Assembly (NCBI GenBank): GCA_963837465.1
Contig: CAWINB010000001.1
Location: 139,915 to 203,914 of the forward strand
Direction of reading: 5' to 3'
Length of the DNA stretch: 64,000 nucleotides
Source: Candidatus Doudnabacteria bacterium
GTDB taxonomy: Bacteria; Patescibacteriota; Doudnabacteria; UBA920
Part shown: in pieces, positions 1-9,660 of the stretch
Position numbering within the stretch: the stretch's first letter is position 1
Layout of the letters: each line of letters opens with the position of its first letter
Made by a program: the position numbers and the translations under genes
The notes under the pieces: generated by a model
Database searches by the model: none
What the model was told of the DNA's origin: nothing
What the model saw: the letters and a program-made list of their open reading frames with translations, nothing else

Positions 1-2
1 TG

Positions 3-635
3 ATGGGCATGATTTTCACCACTAAATTTTTGGACGGGCTGGACGGTCTTTGCGCCGGGGTGGCCTTTATCGGCGGTCTGACCATGTTCGCGCTGTCGCT
101 GGGGCCAAAAATCAACCAGCCCGAAACGGCCAGCATCGCCATAATTTTCAGCGGGGCGATATTGGGCTATTTAATTTACGCTTTTTATCCGGCCACTATT
201 TTTTTGGGCGAAGGCGGCAGTACTTTTTTGGGGTTTATGCTGGCCGTGCTGTCCATAATTTTAGGCGCCAAAATCGCCACCGCGCTTTTGGTTATGGGCA
301 TCCCGATATTGGATGTCGCCTGGGTCATAACGCTCAGGCTTTGGTACCACAGAAGCCCCTTTAAAGGCGACCGCCAGCATTTGCATTTTAGGCTGCTGGA
401 TATCGGCCTTAGCCAAAGACAAACTGTGCTGGTTTTATACGCTATTTCCGCTGTTTTTGGGGTCACGGCCGTGTTTTTGCAAAGCAGAGGCAAGCTTATT
501 GCCCTGCTAATTTTGCTGGGCGTAATGCTGGCCATGGCCATAACCGTAGTAATCCTGTTCAAAAAACGCCATCCCCACATTCCGGATTTGTTTGATTATC
601 GTTTGTCCCAAAAAAATGATAAAACCGGACGTTGA
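3..635 (+). CDS. Glycosyltransferase family 4 (MraY/WecA-like polyprenyl-phosphate N-acetylhexosamine-1-phosphate transferase), C-terminal part; 5' end outside window
   Basis: Multi-TM protein with GEGGSTFLGF and DRQHLHFRL motifs characteristic of the MraY/WecA family; ORF is open to the window edge. Confidence 0.6.
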   Translation: MGMIFTTKFLDGLDGLCAGVAFIGGLTMFALSLGPKINQPETASIAIIFSGAILGYLIYAFYPATIFLGEGGSTFLGFMLAVLSIILGAKIATALLVMGIPILDVAWVITLRLWYHRSPFKGDRQHLHFRLLDIGLSQRQTVLVLYAISAVFGVTAVFLQSRGKLIALLILLGVMLAMAITVVILFKKRHPHIPDLFDYRLSQKNDKTGR

Positions 636-753
636 CTAAATTGAGCATATTTGATAGAATATCAGGAGTTCGCTTAAATCTAATACATTTGTCCAGCAAA
701 AGATGCCAAATTAAAATTTTGGCTTCCAAGCAAAAACAAGGCCAAAATTTTAT

Positions 754-1041
754 ATGATAGCTATATTTGAATCCGGCGGAAAACAGTATCTGGTTTCCAA
801 AGGCGATAAAGTCCAGGTGGAAAAGCTGGAAGGCGAAGCCGGCAGTACTATTACTTTTGACAAAATTTTATTTTTTGACGGCACCATCGGCAAGCCTTAT
901 ATCAGCGGCGCCGCTGTTACAGCCAAAGTCCTAAAACAAGGCCGCGGCAAAAAAATCCACGTCCTGAAATACAAACCCAAAAGCAAATACCGCCGCAAAA
1001 TCGGCGCCAGACAGCACTTTACGGAAGTGGAGATTGCGTAA
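754..1041 (+). CDS. rplU: 50S ribosomal protein L21
   Basis: MIAIFESGGKQYLVSKGDKVQVEKL... is the canonical L21 N-terminus; ~95 aa. Confidence 0.9.
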   Translation: MIAIFESGGKQYLVSKGDKVQVEKLEGEAGSTITFDKILFFDGTIGKPYISGAAVTAKVLKQGRGKKIHVLKYKPKSKYRRKIGARQHFTEVEIA

Positions 1042-1043
1042 GC

Positions 1044-1077
1044 AAAAAAATCTCCGTCAACTGACGGAGATTTTTTT
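1044..1077 (+). terminator. Rho-independent terminator after rplU
   Basis: Perfect hairpin tctccgtca-ac-tgacggaga followed by a T7 tract. Confidence 0.65.
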
Positions 1078-1247
1078 ATGGATTAAGCATGCTTTAATGT
1101 CAGCTGCCTGACATCTTTTTGCAGCTGGACAATGTCTTTGGCAACGGCATTGCTGTTTTCTTTGCCGCGTTTGTCAATCCTGTTAACTTTTTCTTCAATA
1201 TTAGCCGTCTTGAATTTCAAAAAAACAAGATCTTCCTTATGCGGAAT

Positions 1248-1859
1248 TTAGTATTCCCTCCGCCCTTCCATCGCTCTCATTAAAGTAATGTCGTCCGCGT
1301 ATTCCAAGTCACCGCCCATAGGCAGGCCTCGGGCAATGCGGGTGATTTTTATTTCCGGGTTGGCGGATTTAATAAATTTTTGCAGGTGCATAGCGGTTGT
1401 TTCGCCTTCAAGGGACGGGTTCGTCGCGATAATGATCTCCATAATTCCTGATTCATAATTCCTGATTCTTTCCAGCAGACTTTCCACTTCCAAATTTTCC
1501 GGGCCAATCCCTTCCAGGGGATTGAGCACCCCGCCCAAAACGTGGAAAACGCCCTTAAACTGTCCGGACTTGTCTATGGCCTGGGCATCCAGCGGTTCTT
1601 CCACAACACAGACTATTGAATGGTCGCGTTTTGGATCGTTGCAGGTAGAACACGGATCAGCTTCGCCCATATTGTGGCAGACGGAACAAAAAACAATGCC
1701 GCTTTTTACCTGAGCCACCGCCTGGGACAGGTTCCCGATATCAATATCGTCTTTTTTCAGCAAATAAAAAGCCAGCCGCTGGGCGGTTTTTGGCCCAATG
1801 CCGGGAAGACGACTGAGCTCGTTGATTAATTTTTGGAGACTAGTTGGTAGTTTAGTCAT
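1248..1859 (-). CDS. recR: Recombination protein RecR
   Basis: HhH N-terminus (LPGIGPKTAQRLAF), C4 zinc finger CSVCHN...C, Toprim region. Confidence 0.9.
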   Translation of the reverse strand: MTKLPTSLQKLINELSRLPGIGPKTAQRLAFYLLKKDDIDIGNLSQAVAQVKSGIVFCSVCHNMGEADPCSTCNDPKRDHSIVCVVEEPLDAQAIDKSGQFKGVFHVLGGVLNPLEGIGPENLEVESLLERIRNYESGIMEIIIATNPSLEGETTAMHLQKFIKSANPEIKITRIARGLPMGGDLEYADDITLMRAMEGRREY

Positions 1860-1967
1860 TGTTCTTTAAAATTTTGCAGTTTTAATTTCAAATTTCCAAT
1901 TCCAAATATCAGATAAAGTCCTGATTCCTAAATTCAGCATTTGTCATTCATTTGAAATTTGAAATTA

Positions 1968-3356
1968 CTACCCCTGTTCCTCCGCGTTCATGCTCCCCAT
2001 AACCGTCTGCGGCGAAACGTCAAAAGTTTTATCCAGATTTTTAAATGATGTCTTGTCCGCGTCAAAGAACAAATCAATCTGGCCGGTGGGGCCGTTTCTG
2101 TGTTTTTTAATATGAATTTCCGCTATGTGCGGGCGCTGGGCATCCTTGCCTTTATACATTTCTTCGCGGTAAATGAACATAACCACGTCCGCGTCCTGTT
2201 CAATGGAACCGGATTCGCGCAAGTCCGCCAGCTGGGGAACTTTATCCGGACGGTTTTCCACTCCGCGCGACAACTGCGACAAAGCCAAAACCGGCACGTT
2301 TAATTCGCGCGCCAAAAGTTTCAGGGCCCGGGAGATTTCGGAAACCTCCTGCACGCGGTTTTCCTGGTTGCGTCCTTCCATTAGCTGCAAGTAGTCCACG
2401 ACTATCAGCCCGATATTATGCTCGCTGTGAAGCCGCCGGGCTTTGGTGCGGATTTCCATAATGTTGCTGCCCGCAGCATCGTCTATAAAAATGGGGGACT
2501 CGGACAATTCTCCCATGGCCTGTCCGATTTTTTCAAAATCGTCGTCATTTAAATTTCCGGTGCGGATTTTCCACAAATTAACATCGCTTTGGGAACTCAA
2601 TAAACGGTCAACTAATTGATCTTTGCTCATTTCCAGAGAAAAAATTCCCACCGGCGCTTTTAAATTTACGGCCACGTGGCGCATAATATCCAGCGCCAGC
2701 GAAGTTTTGCCCATAGACGGCCGGGCGGCCAAAATCACCAAATCCGATTTCTGCAACCCCCCGAGCAAATTATCCAAATCCACGTAACCGGTGGGCAGGC
2801 CGCGCAGCTTGCCTTTTTCGCGATGCAATTCGTCTATCCTTTCAAACGTGCTGTGCAGAATATTGCTGATGGAAATAAAATTCTGCTTGAGGTGTTTTTG
2901 GGAAATGTTAAACAATTTTTGTTCGGCCTGGTCTAAAATATCTTCAATCTCTCCTGCCTCGCCAAAACCCAAGTTGGTAATTTCGCCGGAGGCTTGGATG
3001 AGTTTTCTTAAGGTTCCTTTTTTGCGCACTATAAAAGCGTAGTGGCTGATGTGGGCGGCGCTTGGCACGCCGCTGACCAGCTGGGTTAAGTAACTGGCTC
3101 CGCCGACTTTTTCCAGCGTTTTATGCTCTTCCAGCCAGTTGGTGACGGTTAAAATATCCACGGAGGTATTTTTTTCGTACAAAGCCAGGGCGGCATCAAA
3201 AATTTGGGTGTGCCTTGGGTCGTAAAAATCATCGGACCTTATAACGTCGCCGATTTTTATAAACGCGTCTTTATCCAGCATCAAACAGCCCAAAACCGAC
3301 ATTTCGGCTTCCAGGCTTTGGGGCGGAATTCTTTGGATTGAAGTATTGTCCGGCAT
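1968..3356 (-). CDS. dnaB: Replicative DNA helicase DnaB
   Basis: Walker A ARPSMGKTSLAL, RecA-like C-terminal domain, DnaB N-terminal domain; 462 aa. Confidence 0.9.
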   Translation of the reverse strand: MPDNTSIQRIPPQSLEAEMSVLGCLMLDKDAFIKIGDVIRSDDFYDPRHTQIFDAALALYEKNTSVDILTVTNWLEEHKTLEKVGGASYLTQLVSGVPSAAHISHYAFIVRKKGTLRKLIQASGEITNLGFGEAGEIEDILDQAEQKLFNISQKHLKQNFISISNILHSTFERIDELHREKGKLRGLPTGYVDLDNLLGGLQKSDLVILAARPSMGKTSLALDIMRHVAVNLKAPVGIFSLEMSKDQLVDRLLSSQSDVNLWKIRTGNLNDDDFEKIGQAMGELSESPIFIDDAAGSNIMEIRTKARRLHSEHNIGLIVVDYLQLMEGRNQENRVQEVSEISRALKLLARELNVPVLALSQLSRGVENRPDKVPQLADLRESGSIEQDADVVMFIYREEMYKGKDAQRPHIAEIHIKKHRNGPTGQIDLFFDADKTSFKNLDKTFDVSPQTVMGSMNAEEQG

Positions 3357-3459
3357 ATATCGTCTTTGTATTATAGCTTGTTTTTGACTGCCGCGAAAGA
3401 TTAAAAATGCCCTGGTTTAGGGCATTTTGCGGGTTTGATGTGGAAGGACAGGGGATAGC

Positions 3460-4902
3460 TTAAGTTTTTATTATTTTACGGGTTTTCTGGCCCCCGGGCG
3501 TATCCATAATTTCGTAGCCCAGGTTTTGCGCTTGTTTCCTGAGTTCGTCGGCTTTTTTAAAATCTTTTTGTTCGCGGGCCTCCTGCCTTTGGCGGATTAA
3601 ATTTTTTATATCCCCGGGCAGTTCAATATCTTCGAAAATACTGGGCGAATCCGCCAAGTTAAAACCCAAAACCCGGTCCAGATTTTTTAAGATGGAATCC
3701 TGGGTATTTATATTAAGCTGTTTGTCGCCAACCGCTTCCCAAAGCAGCGCGGCCAAAGAGGGGATATTTAAATCATCGGCTAAAACCCCGGAAGCTTTAT
3801 CGGTATAATATTTCAGAAGCTCCTCCTGCGGCGGCTGGTTATCGCCGATGATTTTATGGGACTTAAGGATATTGTAGATTTTTTCCAGGGCCTTATAAGA
3901 AGCAATAAAGCTGTCCATTGTAAAATTCTGCCGGGCGCGATAGCCGCTCTGGCTGTATAAATGGCGCAAAACAATTCCGGCCAGCGGAACCTTGTCTTTT
4001 AAATCGCGGATGGTGTAAAAATTATTAAACCGTTTACCCATTCGCCCGCCATCCACCAAAATATGCTCGCTGTGCGTCCATTGGCGGACAAACTTCCCTT
4101 TGCCGAGCAGCCCCTGCGACTGCGCGATTTCGTTGGTATGGTGGGGGAATATCAAGTCCACTCCGCCGGTATGGATGTCCGTAACTTCGCCGCCGAACCC
4201 CATTTGGTTTATTGCCGAACATTCAATGTGCCAGCCCGGGCGCCCTCTGCCCAAAACCGGGTGCTCCCAAAAAATCTGTCCGTCGCTTTTTTCATCGCGC
4301 GCTTTCCACAAAGCAAAATCGCTGAGGTCGTCTTTGTCGTATTCGTCCACAGCTACCCGGGCGCCGACTTTTTTGCCCTCTATGAATTTTTGCCCCACCA
4401 GCTCGCCGTAGTCGCCAAAGTCCTTTTGGTATTTTTCAATGCTAAAGTAAGTGCTGCCGTCTTCGGCTTTGTAAGCGTATCCTTTGTCAATCAACCCCAC
4501 TACAAAATCCTGGATCCGCGGGATGACATCCGTTACCCGAATAAATTTTATTTCATCCTTTAAAACATTAACCTCAGCCAAATCATTTAAAAACTCTTTC
4601 AGATAAAAACCGGTAAATTCCCGCAAATCTTTTACGGTCGCGGAGGTCCCGTATTTGGCAACCGCCCCCTTAATGGTTTTATCGTCAACGTCAGTAATAT
4701 TCATTACCCAGCTGGGCTTATATCCCTGATGTTTTAAAGTCCGGTACAGAAAGTCGGCCGTAATGTAAGCCCGTAAATTGCCGATATGGGCGTAATTATA
4801 AACCGTCGGTCCGCAAGTATATAAATTTACTTTATTATCCTTAAGCGAATCAAACTGTTCATTTTTTTTTGTTAGAGTGTTATAAAGTTTTAACATAGAC
4901 AA
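3460..4902 (-). CDS. cysS: Cysteinyl-tRNA synthetase
   Basis: Class I aaRS HIGN motif (CGPTVYNYAHIGN), KMSKS-like GRMGKRF, CysRS zinc-binding Cys; 480 aa. Confidence 0.9.
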   Translation of the reverse strand: MSMLKLYNTLTKKNEQFDSLKDNKVNLYTCGPTVYNYAHIGNLRAYITADFLYRTLKHQGYKPSWVMNITDVDDKTIKGAVAKYGTSATVKDLREFTGFYLKEFLNDLAEVNVLKDEIKFIRVTDVIPRIQDFVVGLIDKGYAYKAEDGSTYFSIEKYQKDFGDYGELVGQKFIEGKKVGARVAVDEYDKDDLSDFALWKARDEKSDGQIFWEHPVLGRGRPGWHIECSAINQMGFGGEVTDIHTGGVDLIFPHHTNEIAQSQGLLGKGKFVRQWTHSEHILVDGGRMGKRFNNFYTIRDLKDKVPLAGIVLRHLYSQSGYRARQNFTMDSFIASYKALEKIYNILKSHKIIGDNQPPQEELLKYYTDKASGVLADDLNIPSLAALLWEAVGDKQLNINTQDSILKNLDRVLGFNLADSPSIFEDIELPGDIKNLIRQRQEAREQKDFKKADELRKQAQNLGYEIMDTPGGQKTRKIIKT

Positions 4903-5199
4903 ATTTTGGATGATAACTAAATTGGATGATTAATTGGCAGGGGAGTGAAAAATCAACGTTATTTCAATATATTCATCACGTCGCACAATGTATGTTCGGC
5001 GACTTCGTTGTAGTCTGATTACTGATAAATCCAGTTTTAACCCCAAACTAACAATTTAAGGCCTTTAACCGGAATTACTACCTTTTTATTTTACATCATT
5101 ATCTTTAAAACAAAAAGGGTTAAGCCTTATTTTAAATTTAAGCAGCTTAGCCTTTACTTACAGATACGCTGATTAAATACGTCCGCGCATCATTAAAAG

Positions 5200-6423
5200 T
5201 TATTTCGTTTCTCTAAGCTCCTTAACTATTTGTGGCAGAATTTTTACAAGGTAGTCCAGGTCGGCCTTGGTGCTGGCTTTGCCCAAACTAAACCTTATAC
5301 TGCTTTGCGCCTCTTGGCTTGTGCGGCCTATGGCTAAAAGCACGTGGGATGGGTCCAGGCTGCCTGTACTGCAGGCGCTGGCGGTTGAACAGGAAATGCC
5401 GTAAGCGTCCAGGTAAAGCATTAAGGCTTCGCCTTCCACGTTTTTGATTGTAAAATTAATATTGTTGGGCAGCCGTAAATTGCCGGCTTTAGATTTTAAT
5501 TCAGTGTTATCGGGACCATTTAAAAGTACATCCGGCACTTTCTGCTTTATTTTATTTATAAGATAGCAGGCTAATTCGTTAAGGCGAATATTCTCCGCGT
5601 CCTTATTTTTCTGAACCAACTCAAAAGCTTTGCTTAAGCCAACCGTTCCGGCCACATTTTGCGTGCCTGACCTTAAGCCCGATTCCTGGCCGCCGCCGTA
5701 AATTAGCGGTTTAATTTCAGTTCCCGATCGTAAGTACAAAAACCCCGTCTGTTTAGGGCCGTAAATTTTGCTGCCGTTTACGGACATTAAATCCACGCCA
5801 AGTTTTTCTACGTTAAGGTCCATAAACCCCGCGGCCTGGCAGGCATCGGTGTGGAAAAAAATTTTAGGCAGACCCTGGCTTAGCCTTTGGGCGTTTAGAT
5901 GTTTAAGCCATTTGCCGATTTCGGCTACGGGCTCAATAGCGCCGATTTCGTTATTGGCGAGCATTACCGAAACGAAAACAGTTTCCGGACGGACGGATTT
6001 TTTAAGCCCATCCAAATTTATAAATCCCCTGCCGTCAACTCCAATAAAAGTTGTTTCGCGGCCTTCCTGTTTTAGCGCGTTAAAAGAATTTATGACGCAG
6101 TGATGTTCAATGGCCGATGTTATAAAGCTCGCCGATGTTTTATGGCGGCGCGCCACGCCAAAAATTGCCAAATTTACGCTCTCGGTCCCGCCGGCGGTAA
6201 AAATAATTTCGGACGCTTTGGCATTTATTATGTCCGCGATGGTTTTTCTGGACGCGTCAATTGCCAGCTTTGCCTCCATCCCCTTTTGATAAAGCGCAAA
6301 CGGATTACCGAATTTTTCCGCCAAAAAAGGCGCCATGGCTTTTTTAACCGCCGGGACCAAATAAGTAGTCGCGGCGTGGTCCAGGTAAATATCTTTTTCC
6401 GATTTTTTTAGTTTGGGAAACAT
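5200..6423 (-). CDS. Cysteine desulfurase / class V aminotransferase (NifS/IscS/SufS-like)
   Basis: PLP fold-type I; lysine-containing SVNGSKIYGPKQ motif; ~407 aa. Confidence 0.8.
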   Translation of the reverse strand: MFPKLKKSEKDIYLDHAATTYLVPAVKKAMAPFLAEKFGNPFALYQKGMEAKLAIDASRKTIADIINAKASEIIFTAGGTESVNLAIFGVARRHKTSASFITSAIEHHCVINSFNALKQEGRETTFIGVDGRGFINLDGLKKSVRPETVFVSVMLANNEIGAIEPVAEIGKWLKHLNAQRLSQGLPKIFFHTDACQAAGFMDLNVEKLGVDLMSVNGSKIYGPKQTGFLYLRSGTEIKPLIYGGGQESGLRSGTQNVAGTVGLSKAFELVQKNKDAENIRLNELACYLINKIKQKVPDVLLNGPDNTELKSKAGNLRLPNNINFTIKNVEGEALMLYLDAYGISCSTASACSTGSLDPSHVLLAIGRTSQEAQSSIRFSLGKASTKADLDYLVKILPQIVKELRETK

Positions 6424-6471
6424 AGCGACATTATATATTAAAATACGCTCAAATCAAAAGCAAAGCCGCTT

Positions 6472-6631
6472 AGAGCCTGTTTAAAAATTCATTTTGGCCG
6501 CAATTTCAGGAATCCGGCCGCGAAAGCTTCATAAAAATTCACCGATACTTTGGCATCGCTTCATTTTCCTTCAGCTTTTTCGCTCGGATTCCTGAAATTT
6601 CGCTTCAAAAGCAATTTATTAAACAGGCTCT
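6472..6631. repeat. Nested palindromic intergenic element (agagcctgtttaa...ttaaacaggctct with inner gcaatttcaggaatccg/cggattcctgaaatttcgc)
   Basis: Perfect 13 bp outer and 17 bp inner inverted repeats read directly from the sequence; the gccgcaatttcag core recurs at 14938–14955. Confidence 0.55.
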
Positions 6632-6661
6632 GACGAAACAAAATCAGCGCCGCAAAAAAAG

Positions 6662-7087
6662 TCATCGCCTCGACTTTACAAACCCTGCCGCTTGCGCGGC
6701 CGTTTCCGTGCTAAAACACTGTTCCGGCTTTACTTTGGAGTAAAAAGCGCCCCCGGGAACGTGATAAATCTTTTTGCCCGAAGAAGCCGAAATATTGCCT
6801 TTTATTGGGCAATTATGGTCCGGAGCAGCGGATTTGGGGCTGGTTTTGGCCTTTGTACCGGTTCCCCGCGCCGGAGTTTGGTCGTTTTCCCTGGAAGTGT
6901 CGGGTAATGGCGCGACGTTTTGGTTTGTGGTATAATTAGCATATGTTTTTAAAACTGGCTCGGTGGATTTTTTATAATCCCCTGTCCCGAAACCAACCAA
7001 AAACACCAAAATAAAACTTACGCCAAGTACCAACTTATTTTTGTTCTCTTTTTGCGACAACCAGTCTTTTAAATTTTGATAATTCAT
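6662..7087 (-). CDS. Small membrane-anchored protein with a Cys-containing conserved C-terminal domain (CPIKGNIS...YH.PGG.Y...CF..E..A.AAGF)
   Basis: N-terminal TM helix, low-complexity linker, conserved C-terminal motif; function unknown. Confidence 0.45.
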   Translation of the reverse strand: MNYQNLKDWLSQKENKNKLVLGVSFILVFLVGFGTGDYKKSTEPVLKTYANYTTNQNVAPLPDTSRENDQTPARGTGTKAKTSPKSAAPDHNCPIKGNISASSGKKIYHVPGGAFYSKVKPEQCFSTETAAQAAGFVKSRR

Positions 7088-7174
7088 AGCTTGCTTAATT
7101 ATAGCAATAAAAAATTAATTCCGCAAGTTTAAGTAGTTTTAAGGGTTTGGTTATCTTAAACCCCTTTACTTTAT

Positions 7175-8542
7175 ATGCGTTACGCGTTTGTGTTGGGGAG
7201 GGTTTATACTTTGTCCGTTGCCGAACTGGCGGCTGTTTTGGAAGGCACGGACGTTTCTTTGGGCTTAACCGGCGAACCGGTTAAAATTTTGGAAGCTTCG
7301 GAAGAAATCCTGATCATCGAAGCTCAAAAACCTCTTAACGCCGAAAGGCTGCAAAAAAAACTGGGCGGCGTGATTAAAATTTTGGAAGTTGTGGATGTTA
7401 TAACCAAGCGCGAGCAGGACTCCATCAACTTCGCGCTTAAGCACTATTTTAAACCCGGCATTTTAAAGAAACATTTTTTCAAGGACTATAAAGGCAAGAC
7501 GCAGTTCGGCATCAGCGTTTACGTGCTGGATATGGATTTGCTAAAACGGCCGACTTTTGTACCTCCGGGCAAAGGGCAGCAAAACTCCCGCGGCTCATTT
7601 CCCCAATCTTTTAACTCGGTTTTCTCGGAGCCAAAAAGACTGGGTATGATGATAAAAAACGGCCTTACGGAAAGTGGTTTAAGCGTGCGCGTGGTTTTGC
7701 CGGAATTTAATTCCCTGTCGCTGGCTTCCGTAGTCGTAACCAAAAATTTATTGCTGCAAAAGGGCGCGGAAATTTGTATCTTAGCCGCCAAAGATAAAAT
7801 TTTTACGGCCAAGACTTTAACCGCGCAGGATTTTGAGGATTATGGACGCCGCGATTACCAAAGGCCGGCCAGGGATGAAAAACAGGGAATGATTCCGCCC
7901 AAGGTGGCGCAGATTATGCTTAACCTTTCGGGCTGTAAATCCGGCGAAACCATTTTGGATCCTTTCTGCGGCATTGGCACTCTGGTTCAGGAAGGTTTGC
8001 TGCTTGGTTTTAGGATGATAGGCAGCGACATCAATAAAACGGCCATAAAAGGCAGCGAGCAGAATTTGGAATGGTTCAGGAACCGCTATAAAGTCGCTCC
8101 GGGAAAATACGGTCTGGAAACCAGCGACGCCTGCAAAGTGGCGGAGCTGATAGAAAAATCCGGCCAAAAAATTAACGGTATTGTTACAGAGGGCACTTTG
8201 GGGCCTATTTATTCCCAATATCCAAAACCTGATGAAATTGCCAAAAACTTTAGGGATTTGGAAAGTTTGTATAAAAAAAGCTTTAAGGAATTCGCCAAAT
8301 TTCTGCCACAAAAAGCGCTGATTGTTATGTGTTTACCGGCCTATAAAAAAGGCCGCGAAGCTTATGAATACTTCCCCGGGCTTGACTTTGCCAAAGACTT
8401 AGGATATAATTTAGTGGATATTATTTCTCCGACGCTGGCTAAAAAGTTAAAGTTTTTACGGTTGACCGACAGGAAAACAGCAATCTACGATCGTAAAGAC
8501 CAGATAGTTGCGAGGGAAATAGTGATATTTGAAAAGAATTAA
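7175..8542 (+). CDS. Putative SAM-dependent RNA methyltransferase (Trm11/RlmL-like)
   Basis: Methyltransferase motif I DPFCGIGTL followed by an acidic motif II; 455 aa. Confidence 0.5.
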   Translation: MRYAFVLGRVYTLSVAELAAVLEGTDVSLGLTGEPVKILEASEEILIIEAQKPLNAERLQKKLGGVIKILEVVDVITKREQDSINFALKHYFKPGILKKHFFKDYKGKTQFGISVYVLDMDLLKRPTFVPPGKGQQNSRGSFPQSFNSVFSEPKRLGMMIKNGLTESGLSVRVVLPEFNSLSLASVVVTKNLLLQKGAEICILAAKDKIFTAKTLTAQDFEDYGRRDYQRPARDEKQGMIPPKVAQIMLNLSGCKSGETILDPFCGIGTLVQEGLLLGFRMIGSDINKTAIKGSEQNLEWFRNRYKVAPGKYGLETSDACKVAELIEKSGQKINGIVTEGTLGPIYSQYPKPDEIAKNFRDLESLYKKSFKEFAKFLPQKALIVMCLPAYKKGREAYEYFPGLDFAKDLGYNLVDIISPTLAKKLKFLRLTDRKTAIYDRKDQIVAREIVIFEKN

Positions 8543-8610
8543 TAAAGCGTTTAGCGGTTAGTACTTAACGTCTAGACGTTAACTCCCTAAACGCTAATCC
8601 CTACACCCAT

Positions 8611-8892
8611 ATGGCTCATAAAAAAGCAGGCGGCAGTACAGCTTTAGGCCGCGATTCAGTATCAAAAAGATTAGGCGTTAAAATTTTTGGCAACCAGGCC
8701 GTAAAAAAAGGCCAGGTTATTGTGCGCCAAAAAGGCACCAAATACCACCCCGGCAAAAACGTCGACATTGGCGGCGACAGCACTTTATACTCCCTGGCCG
8801 ATGGCTTAGTGCATTTTCAAAACAAGATGATGAAAAAATTCCACGGGAATTTACGCAGGACACGGATTGTGAATGTGGTAGCCGCAAAGTAA
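8611..8892 (+). CDS. rpmA: 50S ribosomal protein L27
   Basis: [16 protein letters not shown]...[19 protein letters not shown] is canonical L27. Confidence 0.9.
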   Translation: MAHKKAGGSTALGRDSVSKRLGVKIFGNQAVKKGQVIVRQKGTKYHPGKNVDIGGDSTLYSLADGLVHFQNKMMKKFHGNLRRTRIVNVVAAK

Positions 8893-8913
8893 ACCGCATC
8901 AATAAAAATTTTA

Positions 8914-8948
8914 AAACCCCGCCCATATGGGCGGGGTTTATTTTTCTA
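8914..8948. terminator. Rho-independent terminator (possibly bidirectional) after rpmA
   Basis: Hairpin ccccgcccatatgggcgggg followed by tttattttt. Confidence 0.65.
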
Positions 8949-9660
8949 TTAATTTAGATATCTTATCTCTCCATCTTCTAAGCTGAGCAAGTCGCATAGC
9001 ATCGTCTACAGGAGCTAAGACCTTTTTTAATTTATAATTCTTGGCCTTACCGGAGACCTGGCCTATGTCCACAAAATGAACTCTTTGCCCTGATTCAGAG
9101 CTCCCGTCCGATATTACAATATTCCCGGAGAACCTGGGGTTATGAAGAAAATTACCCAAAAAATATCTGGTATCGGAATATAAATCCGGAATTTTTCTAT
9201 CGGTTTCCCTTGCTTTTTTTATTATTTTTATACAGGCATTAACAAATTCTAGCAGCTCCGGGAGTAAGGTTGGATCACCATAAAGCTCTTGGTCACTTAA
9301 TGACTCTACCCTTTTACCCGAGATCGGCTTTTGGACTACGTAAGCCCGCGCGGGGTCAGATTCTTTATTCCTTGCTTTTATGAAACTGCTTTCTACGACA
9401 AATTTGCCGAAATCCGGATCGCCTTTATAAAATCGTAAAAAGCCTTAAGCTTCGGCATTTCTTTGTCATCCGCATATTCAGTGAGTCGATTTTCCTTTAA
9501 TATAATATCGACGTCCTTAGAAGTGCCACCCCTAACTTTAACTCCCAAAGAATAGACATCTGAGTCCTTCCCTGACTTTGCAAAAAGTTCAGAACTTTGG
9601 ATGTTAAAAGGTAACTTGTTTTCTGTCGGGTCTATTCCGCGATTTTTTTCGGGCGTAAAT
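8938..9660 (-). pseudogene. Decayed protein-kinase-like/phosphotransferase (Kdo/RIO/APH-like) gene remnant
   Basis: Only a 73-aa ORF (8938–9159) survives, carrying HNPRFSGNIVI...VHFVDIGQ (kinase catalytic loop and DFG-like motif); the remaining ~500 nt to pyrG lack a long ORF in any frame. Confidence 0.35.

Noticed and set aside
50-4563. Numerous 60–170 aa ORFs antisense to or overlapping rplU, dnaB, cysS and other housekeeping genes (e.g. 50–364, 2100–2303, 4063–4563)
   Set aside because: They are shadow ORFs on the opposite strand or in alternative frames of strongly supported genes, with no independent support.
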